Positions 37,739 to 46,823 of a stretch of DNA of 64,000 bases are shown piece after piece. Location: assembly GCA_964549185.1 (NCBI GenBank), contig CAZJUI010000001.1, positions 850-64,849 of the forward strand, in the 5' to 3' direction. The notes beneath the pieces are model-generated. The model worked only from the letters and a program-made list of their open reading frames with translations. It had not been told where the DNA came from and searched no databases. Positions within the stretch are counted from its first letter, which is position 1. Each line of letters starts with the position of its first letter. Source of the DNA: Candidatus Woesearchaeota archaeon. GTDB taxonomy: Archaea; Nanobdellota; Nanobdellia; SCGC-AAA011-G17; JAGVZF01. Made by a program: the position numbers and the translations under genes.

Positions 37739-38809
37739 CTATTTCTTCAATTCTCCCACATGTTCCCAATCTAATATATCATCCTCTTTCATATCCTTTA
37801 CTGCTTTTCTTCCTATAATCTCTCTAAAGAATCTCGGATTAATTCCTGTACCGGGTCTTTTTGATGTTATATTTTTAATGTCAAATATCTCCCCAGCCTT
37901 AATATCTCTATTAGCTACAATGCTTCTTCTTGCTAATCTTTGAGCCGGCTCTTCAACTTTAATTGGTCGTCTTGCTAATGAACTTCCTAATGCACTTTCG
38001 ATCTGTTTTATATTTGTGACCATCTCTTTCAATTCTTTAGGATCTACAGATAACCAATGATCCGCACTTCCCTTCAATGCTTTATCTATGGTATAATGTT
38101 TCTCTATCATCTTTGCTCCTAAACTAACAGCTCCGATTGGCACCAAAGTTCCTAAACTATGATCACTTAATCCAATTAAATAATCCGGAAATATTTTCTT
38201 TAAAGTTGGAATCATATTCAAATTCATATCTTCAGTTGGTGTCGGATAAGACAAAATGCAATGCAACAATATTATTTGATTATTTCCCTCTTCTTCAATC
38301 ACCCTTGCAGCTTCTTCTATCTCCCCAATTGTAGCTGCTCCTGTTGATAATGCCATTGGTAATCCTTTTTTTGCTATATGTCTTAAAAGATTTAAATGAG
38401 TTATATCCGCACTTGCAATTTTATACATTGGCACCCCAATCTTTTCCAAAAAATCGGCACTTTCCTCGTCAAAGGGTGTTGAAAAAAATATTATTCCTAA
38501 TTCTTCAGCATATTTCTGCATTTTAATAAAATCTTCTTCGCTAAGATAATCGAAGTTCTTGTATTCATCATACTGTGTTTCATCACTTTCTGTCCAATAT
38601 TTGGGAGAATTTTTTATTGCTATTTTTTCAGCTTTATATGTTTGGAATTTTATGGCATCAGCTCCATTTTCTTTTGCCTTTTTTATTAATTCATAACCTC
38701 TTTCTAACATACAATCATGATTTACTCCAGCTTCAGCTACAACAAAACATGGCTCATCATCCCCTACATATCTATTTCCTATCTTTATTCTTGTCACCAT
38801 TTCAACCAC
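37739..38809 (-). CDS. neuB: N-acetylneuraminate/nonulosonic acid synthase (NeuB/PseI/LegI family) with a C-terminal SAF domain.
   Basis: CFVVAEAGVNHDCMLE...ADAIKFQTYKAEK, STPFDEESADFL, ILLHCILSYPTPTEDMNLN and a C-terminal KAGEIFD...ITSKRPGTG SAF domain. The match to E. coli NeuB blocks is strong. Confidence 0.85.
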   Translation of the reverse strand: MVEMVTRIKIGNRYVGDDEPCFVVAEAGVNHDCMLERGYELIKKAKENGADAIKFQTYKAEKIAIKNSPKYWTESDETQYDEYKNFDYLSEEDFIKMQKYAEELGIIFFSTPFDEESADFLEKIGVPMYKIASADITHLNLLRHIAKKGLPMALSTGAATIGEIEEAARVIEEEGNNQIILLHCILSYPTPTEDMNLNMIPTLKKIFPDYLIGLSDHSLGTLVPIGAVSLGAKMIEKHYTIDKALKGSADHWLSVDPKELKEMVTNIKQIESALGSSLARRPIKVEEPAQRLARRSIVANRDIKAGEIFDIKNITSKRPGTGINPRFFREIIGRKAVKDMKEDDILDWEHVGELKK

Positions 38810-40193
38810 CCTTATAGTTTCTTATTATCTGTTCAGCAAGCCACAAATCATATTCATTATATATCCTTACAGCTTCGTTCGGCATCATCTCTACATAAGC
38901 TACACTATTCCCAATAATTCCATTATTGTTTAAATTTTCTAAAGTTGTAATATAAAATGCTCCATTTTCTTCTAGGATAGTATCTTTTTCATCTCTCAAT
39001 AATCTTTTATTAAATAATGGCTCGATTCCATATCTTCCTGGTTTCCAATGAAAATTAAGGTTTGCACAAACAGAGACTATGCTATCTGTTTTAAATATTA
39101 ACTGGGTAAAAATTCCTTCTTTTATATGCTCACTTGTTTTAAAGGGGCTTATCAAATGTAAAACAGCAATTAAATCAGGAACATAATCATCATTCTTCTT
39201 CAAATAATCAACAACATGTCTTACAACATCATCAACATGAACTGTTTTTTTTGCTAAATCAACAGGTCTTTTGATAACATAAGCTCCTATTTTTTCAGCA
39301 GCACTTGCAATGTCATAATCTTCAGTAGAAACAACAATTTTATTAAACAATTCAGTTTTTTTCGCTTCATCTATCGTATAAGATAATAAAGGTTTTCCAT
39401 TTAAATTAGCGATTGGAATTTTAATCCCATTAATCATGTCGCCCCTAGCAGGAATAACAGCTAATATTTTCAAATTTTTTAACTTTCCATCATAATGTCT
39501 TTTAACAAATTCTTCCTTTACAATTCTTTTAGAGTGTAAAATCCCTTTCATATTCTTAGTCATATTTGCGCCATGTCTTCTATAATAAAACAAAGGCAGA
39601 TTAATATTTCTAACTTTAAATTTAGTAATAAACTTCATCCAAAAATCATAGTCTTCTCCAATCTTTAAATTTTCATTATATCCCCCAATTTCATCATAGC
39701 ATGTTCTCTTGTACATCGCTCCAGCAGCTAAAGGACTTCTTTGCAGTAAATCAACTTCTTCATTAACTTTCATCAATCTATTATGCTCCAATATCTTTCC
39801 ATCTTCATCTATGGTATAATAATCTGAATAAACCAAATCAACATCTTTATTTTCATACAAAAATCTTTCTTCTACCAATAGCAAATTATCATCAAAATAA
39901 TCATCAGCATCTAATCTTATTATAAAATCCCCCTGAGACATACTAATTCCTTTATTACAAGCTGCACTTAATCCAACATTATCTACCCTTATTACTTTCA
40001 AATTATTTGGAAATTTTGATTTATAACTCTGAATAACATCTTGAGTCTCATCTGTACTTCCATCATCTACTATAATAATCTCAAAATCCTTATATGTCTG
40101 TCTAAATAAACTTTCCAGGCATTTACCTAAAAACCTTCCGTAATTGTGAGCTGTCACTATCACACTTACTCTCGGTTTCTTAATAGTCTCCAT
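38802..40193 (-). CDS. Fusion: GT2 glycosyltransferase (N-terminal) plus NeuA-like CMP-nonulosonate synthetase (C-terminal).
   Basis: The N-terminus is VSVIVTAHNYGRFLGKCLESLFRQTYKDFEIIIVDDGSTDET (GT2). The C-terminus ILAVIPARGDMINGIKIPIANLNGKPLLSYTIDEA...VVSTEDYDIASAAEKIGAYVIKRP...LHLISPFK parallels NeuA blocks (IPARGGS, LxGKPLIAYTI, VSTDD, QPTSPLR). Confidence 0.7.
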   Translation of the reverse strand: METIKKPRVSVIVTAHNYGRFLGKCLESLFRQTYKDFEIIIVDDGSTDETQDVIQSYKSKFPNNLKVIRVDNVGLSAACNKGISMSQGDFIIRLDADDYFDDNLLLVEERFLYENKDVDLVYSDYYTIDEDGKILEHNRLMKVNEEVDLLQRSPLAAGAMYKRTCYDEIGGYNENLKIGEDYDFWMKFITKFKVRNINLPLFYYRRHGANMTKNMKGILHSKRIVKEEFVKRHYDGKLKNLKILAVIPARGDMINGIKIPIANLNGKPLLSYTIDEAKKTELFNKIVVSTEDYDIASAAEKIGAYVIKRPVDLAKKTVHVDDVVRHVVDYLKKNDDYVPDLIAVLHLISPFKTSEHIKEGIFTQLIFKTDSIVSVCANLNFHWKPGRYGIEPLFNKRLLRDEKDTILEENGAFYITTLENLNNNGIIGNSVAYVEMMPNEAVRIYNEYDLWLAEQIIRNYKGG

Positions 40194-40228
40194 AGTGTCA
40201 CCTTTTTCGCTTATATTATAAGTAATTC

Positions 40229-41305
40229 CTATATATTAACCTTTATCTCAGAAGGTTTAGCATATCTATAACCCTCATGCAGATTGCAAGTTCTGCAAGC
40301 AGGCATAACATCTAACTTGCTTTGTTTATGCAACTCTCTTAATTGATTTAGTATTGCTCCATTCCATATCTCTTTTAATGTTTGTTTAGTAACATCACCC
40401 ACAACATTTTTTCTAAACCAATCTCCACAGCACATCATAACCTTTCCATCCCACGCTACCATCAATCTTTGGAATGGCTGTGGACAAGTTTTTCTTCCTA
40501 AGGTAATTTGATCATATTCAATTGATCTATCATTTTCTTCTCCTTCCCCCCTATTGCTGTAATCATTAGTTGCAACATGATCTACTATTCCTTCCCACAT
40601 TTTGATAAATTGGTCAACTTCATGAACATTATCTTTCATCCTAACCATCTGTATTCTGATAAATGGTTTTTTCTTTCCCATTTCATTTCTTATTCTTACA
40701 AAATCTTTAATATTTTTCATTAAAATGTCATATTTTGCTCTCACTCTTATTTTTTCATAAGTTTCCTTAGTTGCTCCATCCATAGAAAATATTATTCCAT
40801 CTAATCCAGCTTCTATCAATCCTCTTATTTTATTTTCATTTAATAAAGTTCCATTAGAATTTGTTTGTAATTCCTTTATGCCTTTATCTTTTGCATATTT
40901 CACCATTTCAATAAATTTAGGATGTATTAATGGTTCTCCTCTCCAATTAAGTTTCATAGAATATAATCCTTCTTTTGCACATTCATCTACAATTTTATGA
41001 AATAAATCCATTGTAATAAATCCGTCTTGAATTCCGCTTCTATCAAAACTCTGTGGGCACATTACACATCTTAAATTGCATGCATCACTCGGTTCTATAT
41101 CAACATGTGTTGGGAATTTAGGTATTAATCCAAATCTTGCAACTCTCGGGCTCCAATTCCATTTAGCCCTATACCATAAGTACTTAGGATCTTTCTTATT
41201 CATAAACTTCTTTAATTTAGCTTTAAATCCACCTTGTATGTGATGTCCACTTCCACCATAGAAGTGTTGTTTCTCGTTTGTTTCATTACTTTGTTCAGTT
41301 GACAT
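40229..41305 (-). CDS. Radical SAM protein with a C-terminal SPASM/twitch Cys-rich domain.
   Basis: The CxxxCxxC triad is SDACNLRCVMC. The C-terminus CPQPFQRLMVAWDGKVMMCCGDW...PACRTCNL provides auxiliary Fe-S cysteines. Confidence 0.7.
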   Translation of the reverse strand: MSTEQSNETNEKQHFYGGSGHHIQGGFKAKLKKFMNKKDPKYLWYRAKWNWSPRVARFGLIPKFPTHVDIEPSDACNLRCVMCPQSFDRSGIQDGFITMDLFHKIVDECAKEGLYSMKLNWRGEPLIHPKFIEMVKYAKDKGIKELQTNSNGTLLNENKIRGLIEAGLDGIIFSMDGATKETYEKIRVRAKYDILMKNIKDFVRIRNEMGKKKPFIRIQMVRMKDNVHEVDQFIKMWEGIVDHVATNDYSNRGEGEENDRSIEYDQITLGRKTCPQPFQRLMVAWDGKVMMCCGDWFRKNVVGDVTKQTLKEIWNGAILNQLRELHKQSKLDVMPACRTCNLHEGYRYAKPSEIKVNI

Positions 41306-41312
41306 ATTAATC

Positions 41313-42767
41313 TTAAACAGTAGCTTCCCCGCTTTTTCCGGTTATCAAATTTAAAGCGCCTAAAGCTCCTCTCGCATAATATTTTACTTGTTCAAATGAT
41401 TTAATTCCAATAAACATCTTCCATAAATAACTTGGTCTCATATAAAATTCTTTGTAAGCTTTCTTTCTTAACTCTTGTAATTGGTCTGTTGTTAATTCCC
41501 TAGATCTTATTAATGGATCTTCAGCTATCTGCACCCAATTATCCCAATTTGGATCTGAAATTAAGTTTTCTTTTACAGTAATATCATACAATCCGGTTCC
41601 AACAATCGGGATTGCCAAGAAAAAATAAGCTAACTGAGGATTAATCTCTTTAGCTAATTTTATTGTTTCTTCAAATGTTTCTGTTGTCTCTCCAGGATAT
41701 CCTAAAATAAAAGATGCTGATGCTGGAATTCCAACTTCATGTATTAACTTAAAAGCTGCTTTTATTTGTGCAGGGGTTTGATCTTTTTCCATTGCATCCA
41801 ATATTTTTTGACTTCCTGACTCTACTCCAAATCTAACAAAATAACATCCTGATTTTTTCATCTTTTCTAAGCTTTCTCTGTCACAATGATTAACTCTAGT
41901 CAAACAGTTCCAATGCAGATCATAATCTCTTTTTATTAATCCATCTAAAATTGGATTCATTCTGCTTTTATTAATAACAAAAATTTCATCATTAAATTCC
42001 AAGCAATGAATATTAAATTTATCAACCAAATAGTCTATTTCTTCCAATGTTCTCTCAACACTCCAATATCTTACTTTTCTCGTCCACATAACCTTAGAAG
42101 CACAAAAATTACATCTGTAAGGACATCCTCTTAAAGAAAAAAATATTGTGAATGGTTGTAATTTAACACCTTTAACCTGGAATGAACTATGGTGCGCAGG
42201 TGGTCTATATAATTCCATAGGCAATAAATCATAAGCTGGCATTGGCAAAATATCTAAATTTTCAATTAATGGTCTTGGAGCAGTCATTCTTATCTGTCCA
42301 TTGTCTCTGTAAATCATTCCATTAACTTTAGATAAATCTTTTTTTCCTCTTTTTTCTAATTTATCTAATAGCTCAACTGTTGTTATCTCCCCCTCACTTA
42401 TAACTCCATAATCAACAATTGGAAATTCTTTCATTGTCTCAAAAGGCAGTGCAGTCATATGATCTCCACCTAAGAAAGTCTTAACATTAGGACTAACATT
42501 TCTAGCTATCTGTAGAACATCACATGCTTTTTTTACTGTAGGTGTAACAGCCCCAACTCCAACTACATCAACATCTTTTGGAATATGTTTATGCAATTCA
42601 CTCATCGGAATTTGTAAAGCAACAGCATCTAGAATACTCACTTTATGCCCATTCTCTCTCATATAAGCAGCAAGATAAGCTAATCCCATTGGTTGATTAA
42701 TTCCTGCAACTGTTGGAACTTTCTTATATACTTCCTGGTAGCTTGGGTTGATGAGTTGGACTTTCAT
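41313..42767 (-). CDS. B12-binding radical SAM protein, paralog 3.
   Basis: N-terminal B12-binding domain (MKVQLINPS...). The CxxxCxxC triad is GCPYRCNFC. 484 aa. Confidence 0.8.
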   Translation of the reverse strand: MKVQLINPSYQEVYKKVPTVAGINQPMGLAYLAAYMRENGHKVSILDAVALQIPMSELHKHIPKDVDVVGVGAVTPTVKKACDVLQIARNVSPNVKTFLGGDHMTALPFETMKEFPIVDYGVISEGEITTVELLDKLEKRGKKDLSKVNGMIYRDNGQIRMTAPRPLIENLDILPMPAYDLLPMELYRPPAHHSSFQVKGVKLQPFTIFFSLRGCPYRCNFCASKVMWTRKVRYWSVERTLEEIDYLVDKFNIHCLEFNDEIFVINKSRMNPILDGLIKRDYDLHWNCLTRVNHCDRESLEKMKKSGCYFVRFGVESGSQKILDAMEKDQTPAQIKAAFKLIHEVGIPASASFILGYPGETTETFEETIKLAKEINPQLAYFFLAIPIVGTGLYDITVKENLISDPNWDNWVQIAEDPLIRSRELTTDQLQELRKKAYKEFYMRPSYLWKMFIGIKSFEQVKYYARGALGALNLITGKSGEATV

Positions 42768-42912
42768 AGAACTTCCCTCTTTTATCGTTAAATAGTAAGA
42801 ATATTTAAATTTTGGTGTTTTTTAAGCATTATTGTGATATAATATATAGTTAACAATAGTTAATTAATCTTTAAACTAAAGTTTTTTAAATAATCTAAAT
42901 AAATCTTATTTT

Positions 42913-43230
42913 TCATATTTTGATGCCTTCTTTTACGGCTTCTGAAACTATAGAAACCTGTTTCTTTAATTTCTTGAACTCTCCCGGAGTATAGCAAAGA
43001 AAATCTACTGGATAATTTAAATCCCAATAATCATACATTTTAGCTCCTCTTTTAAAAAAATCTAATTTTTTAAATTTGGGGCTTACTATTATCAAATCTA
43101 TATCGCTCCATTTATGTGTTCTACCTGAAACTTGGGAACCAAATAAATACATATTTGTTATAGGGAAATCCTCATTTACAGATTTTTTAAAAAATTTTAA
43201 TTTTAATTTTATAGTTTTTTTCTTATCCAT
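42913..43230 (-). CDS. Minimal nucleotidyltransferase (MNT), a HEPN/MNT-type toxin-antitoxin component.
   Basis: MYLFGSQVSGRTHKWSDIDLIIV is the GSx(n)DxD nucleotidyltransferase signature. 105 aa. It overlaps the upstream HEPN gene by 22 nt. Confidence 0.7.
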   Translation of the reverse strand: MDKKKTIKLKLKFFKKSVNEDFPITNMYLFGSQVSGRTHKWSDIDLIIVSPKFKKLDFFKRGAKMYDYWDLNYPVDFLCYTPGEFKKLKKQVSIVSEAVKEGIKI

Positions 43231-43469
43231 TCTAATATTTCCTCCGAATATTCCAAAAATTTCCGAGATATATCTCTAATGTTCTTTTCTTCCTTAATAT
43301 CAGGATATCTAGCGTAAATATAAGATAAAGTTAATTCTTTACAATATTCAATAAGATTGTTTGGTAATTCAACATCCTTTCCGAGTTCTACTAAATCATG
43401 AATCTTTTTAAGTTTATTGGTTTTCTTATATATAATGCTTTCAGTCCTTTCTCTATAGATTGTTGACAA
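43209..43469 (-). CDS. HEPN-domain protein, partner of the MNT gene.
   Basis: 86 aa helical protein with the YIYARYPD segment seen in HEPN (PF05168) members. It is tightly coupled to the MNT gene. Confidence 0.45.
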   Translation of the reverse strand: MSTIYRERTESIIYKKTNKLKKIHDLVELGKDVELPNNLIEYCKELTLSYIYARYPDIKEEKNIRDISRKFLEYSEEILEWIRKKL

Positions 43470-43671
43470 TAGAAAGCTGTTCCATCATATTTTCTATTTT
43501 TATAAAGAATTATAGCTTTTTCTAAATCATCCTCTGCTTTATCCCACCAGTTCTTGATTTCTTCTTTCATTCTATTTAAATAAGTTAGATAACTAGTTTT
43601 TATATTTTTGCATAATACAAAATTAAATAATAAAGAAAAGTTATTTAAAAAGGAACAATTTTATTGCTAAG

Positions 43672-45174
43672 ATGAATAAAAAACATCTCAATATTATAGC
43701 AAGCGGAGCTTTAATTACCTTAATTGGAATTCTAATATCTAAATTATTTAGTTATTCATATAGATTAATTGTCTCAAGATTGGGAAGCGAGAGTTATGGA
43801 TTAATCTCTCTAGCTTTTGCTGTTGTTGGAATACTTTCAATATTTACTTCAATTGGCTTAGATTTTGGAATTACTAGATATATTTCTTATTATAAAAGTA
43901 AAAATGATCTTCCAAGATTAAAAGGAACTTTTTTTTCAGCTTTTAAGATTAGTTTTGTTTTAAGCATAATTTTTAGCATAATTCTTTTCTTTTCCTCTAA
44001 TTTTATCTCAAATAATTTATTCCATAATCAAAATTTATCAATTATCCTTAAAATATTTTCCTTGGTCTTAATATTTCAATCTGTAAGAAAGATAATTACA
44101 GAAACTTTAAGAGCTTTCAAAAAAATAAATTATTATGTAATCTCATTAAACATTATTGAGCCCGTAATAAATCTTATATTAACCTTAATTTTTATCTATC
44201 TTGGTTATCATCTTATTGGAATTAGTATTGCCTATGTTTCAGCTGTTTTTATTAGTTTAGCAATCTCTATTTATTTTTTAGAAAAAAAAGTCTTTCCAGT
44301 TTTTACTAGCAAAATTGCTTCAATTTACGAAAACAAAGAATTAATCTCATATTCGTGGCCATTAATGTTCAGTACAGCATTAGCCAGATTTATAGTTTGG
44401 ACAGATATATTATTCTTAGGTTTTTACAAAACAGTTTCCGATGTAGGAATCTATAACACTGCAATACCAACTGCACAATTACTTTTAATAGCGCCAACGG
44501 CCATCTTAAACCTATTTGTCCCAATAATAACTGAATTAATAGCAAAAAACAATCCTGATGAAATAAAAACAGTATATCAAACAACTACAAAATGGATTTT
44601 CTTCATTAATCTCCCTATAACCTTATTCTTCATTATTAATTCGACTTCATTATTAAGGATATTATTCGGTGCAGAATATTCAATCGGATTTATTTCATTA
44701 ATAATTTTGTCTATCGGTTATTTCATTAATTCAATATTATTTGCATCTAGATATATGCTAGATTCTCTTAAGAAAACTAAATTTATTCTACTAAACACAA
44801 TAATTGTCACCATTATAAACATAATACTTAATTTAATCTTAATTCCAAAATATGGAATTTTAGGAGCAGCTATAGCAACAGCATTAACAACTTCATTATT
44901 CGGAATAATAAATTGGATAAAAGTTTATAGTATAAATAAAATAAATATTTTTAGATTAAATTACTTTAAATCAGTAATCGCAAGTTTAATAGCCATTTTT
45001 CCGATATCATTTTTATTAAAAATTACTGGAATTAAAACTTTATTACTATCATTTATCTTATCTGGAATAATATACCTGGTTTTAATGTTGATAACAAAAG
45101 CCTTATCGAAAGATGATTTGGAAGTAATTAACACCTTATTAAAATTAAAAAAAGTAAAAAACCTAGAATCATAA
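43672..45174 (+). CDS. Polysaccharide biosynthesis protein / oligosaccharide flippase (MOP superfamily, Wzx-like).
   Basis: 500 aa with about 12 to 14 hydrophobic helices. The overall architecture is that of Wzx/MATE-like flippases. Confidence 0.55.
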   Translation: MNKKHLNIIASGALITLIGILISKLFSYSYRLIVSRLGSESYGLISLAFAVVGILSIFTSIGLDFGITRYISYYKSKNDLPRLKGTFFSAFKISFVLSIIFSIILFFSSNFISNNLFHNQNLSIILKIFSLVLIFQSVRKIITETLRAFKKINYYVISLNIIEPVINLILTLIFIYLGYHLIGISIAYVSAVFISLAISIYFLEKKVFPVFTSKIASIYENKELISYSWPLMFSTALARFIVWTDILFLGFYKTVSDVGIYNTAIPTAQLLLIAPTAILNLFVPIITELIAKNNPDEIKTVYQTTTKWIFFINLPITLFFIINSTSLLRILFGAEYSIGFISLIILSIGYFINSILFASRYMLDSLKKTKFILLNTIIVTIINIILNLILIPKYGILGAAIATALTTSLFGIINWIKVYSINKINIFRLNYFKSVIASLIAIFPISFLLKITGIKTLLLSFILSGIIYLVLMLITKALSKDDLEVINTLLKLKKVKNLES

Positions 45175-46722
45175 AGCATACAATTTAAATTTCCTGTTTT
45201 CATATAATAATATAAAGTTCATTTCTTTTTCAACGACAATGTAATTTATGCCATATTTCTTCTTTAAAACTAAAAAATCTTCTTCATTTAATTTATTGTA
45301 TCCTTCATCGCATTTTTCAATAAATATTATCGCATCAACTTTAAAATCCTTAGTCTTACAAACATCTTCTATTCTTTCAATAGCTGTTTTAACTAGTGAA
45401 GGATTATACAAGAAATTTCCAGCAGTCTTCCAATCAATTAAATTGCTTCTCTTTGAAAAAGCATTAAATCCTGTATATAATGGAGGTGTTATAAATAAGG
45501 AATCTTTATCCGTGTTCTTTTCAGCCCAAAAAGCTATATCTTGAAATTCATCTGACTGTTTATTTCCTGGATATTCAATATTATAAATAAATCCTTTTTC
45601 TACTCCGACAAAAGCAGGAACTAAAATTATGATTAACAAAAACATGATTGTAAAATAAAATATAAATGATTGTAAATTTATAAATTTCTTAAAATCTTTT
45701 CTATAAAAATTAATCAAATAATTTGCGATATAGATTAAAACAAATATCTTAAAAAATATAAAACTTCTAAACAATATTGCAGTCATAAAAACAGAAACTG
45801 GAAAAACTTCACTAAAAATTAACCCAAATATTCCCATTATTCCGATAGCAACTAAAAATAATATTACTTTTCTATTTAATCTTTCTTCTGGTTTATATCT
45901 TAAAGAAACTCCAAATAAGAATAATAAAATTCCGAATAAAACAAACTGATAAATCGGCCATAAACTCGGAAATATATGATGACTTAATCTCAATTTAAGA
46001 AAATCCAGCCATAATCCTTTATCAACACTTAATTTTTGTATCCCTAAACTTCCAATAATAATCGGTAAACTCAAAACAAAAAAGAAAATATAAGATAATA
46101 TAACTTCTTTAATTTTTCTTTTCTCTAATATCTTACTTTTCTGAATATAACTTATTAAAAGATAAAATGAATACATCGCAATTACATATAAAGAAACTAA
46201 TAAATTAAGATAATTAATAATTATTAGTAATAAGAAAGATATAATATAATTTTTCTTTAAAAAGAAAAAAATTGAAAATAAAGCTATCGGCAAAGAAAAA
46301 AACCATGGACTTATCGTACTATCGATTAATTTTATATTTCCTAAAGTTAACAAGGTTCCCTTTATCCCTATTAATAAAATAACACTTAGGATTCCAACTA
46401 ATTTATCTTTAAATAAATAATAAGCTAATAAGAATATAGAAAAAACCAATAACAATCTTGAAACTAAAAATCCTAAGAAAAAAAACCACTCTACATTGAT
46501 ATCTTTAAAAAACTCTCCAAAAGTTAGTTCTATCGGTGCATAAATTATCCTTAAATTATCAACCAATATATCTTTATCATACAAGCTATTATCTTGATAG
46601 TAATTTATCAAAGGAACATAAACAACACTATCATTAGAATTAAAGCTATATCCTGTATAAAATATTGAAGCTATAGCTAAGAATATTAAGATTATTATTG
46701 TTAAACCCCATCCTTTAGCCAT
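45169..46722 (-). CDS. Polytopic membrane protein with a C-terminal soluble domain (GT-C or Wzy-like candidate).
   Basis: 517 aa. About 11 helices are followed by a roughly 150-aa hydrophilic tail (EYPGNKQSDEF...). Confidence 0.35.
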   Translation of the reverse strand: MAKGWGLTIIILIFLAIASIFYTGYSFNSNDSVVYVPLINYYQDNSLYDKDILVDNLRIIYAPIELTFGEFFKDINVEWFFFLGFLVSRLLLVFSIFLLAYYLFKDKLVGILSVILLIGIKGTLLTLGNIKLIDSTISPWFFSLPIALFSIFFFLKKNYIISFLLLIIINYLNLLVSLYVIAMYSFYLLISYIQKSKILEKRKIKEVILSYIFFFVLSLPIIIGSLGIQKLSVDKGLWLDFLKLRLSHHIFPSLWPIYQFVLFGILLFLFGVSLRYKPEERLNRKVILFLVAIGIMGIFGLIFSEVFPVSVFMTAILFRSFIFFKIFVLIYIANYLINFYRKDFKKFINLQSFIFYFTIMFLLIIILVPAFVGVEKGFIYNIEYPGNKQSDEFQDIAFWAEKNTDKDSLFITPPLYTGFNAFSKRSNLIDWKTAGNFLYNPSLVKTAIERIEDVCKTKDFKVDAIIFIEKCDEGYNKLNEEDFLVLKKKYGINYIVVEKEMNFILLYENRKFKLYAL

Positions 46723-46823
46723 TCTTAATTAAGAGTGAATAAGTTTTTTAAACCCTACTAATTTTTCAAAACCTTTATAAATAACACAAAATTAACAATT
46801 ATAAAGAGGCACGATTCTTACAG

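Noticed and set aside
38137-38917. Four short plus-strand ORFs over the NeuB and GT2-NeuA genes
   Set aside because: They are Leu/Phe/His-rich antisense frames, and NeuB on the minus strand is unambiguous.
46787-46806. Third copy of the TTAACAAT motif upstream of radical SAM paralog 4
   Set aside because: Only the first 8 nt match. The rest reads as a generic TTATAAA TATA-like element, so it is too weak to count as an instance.
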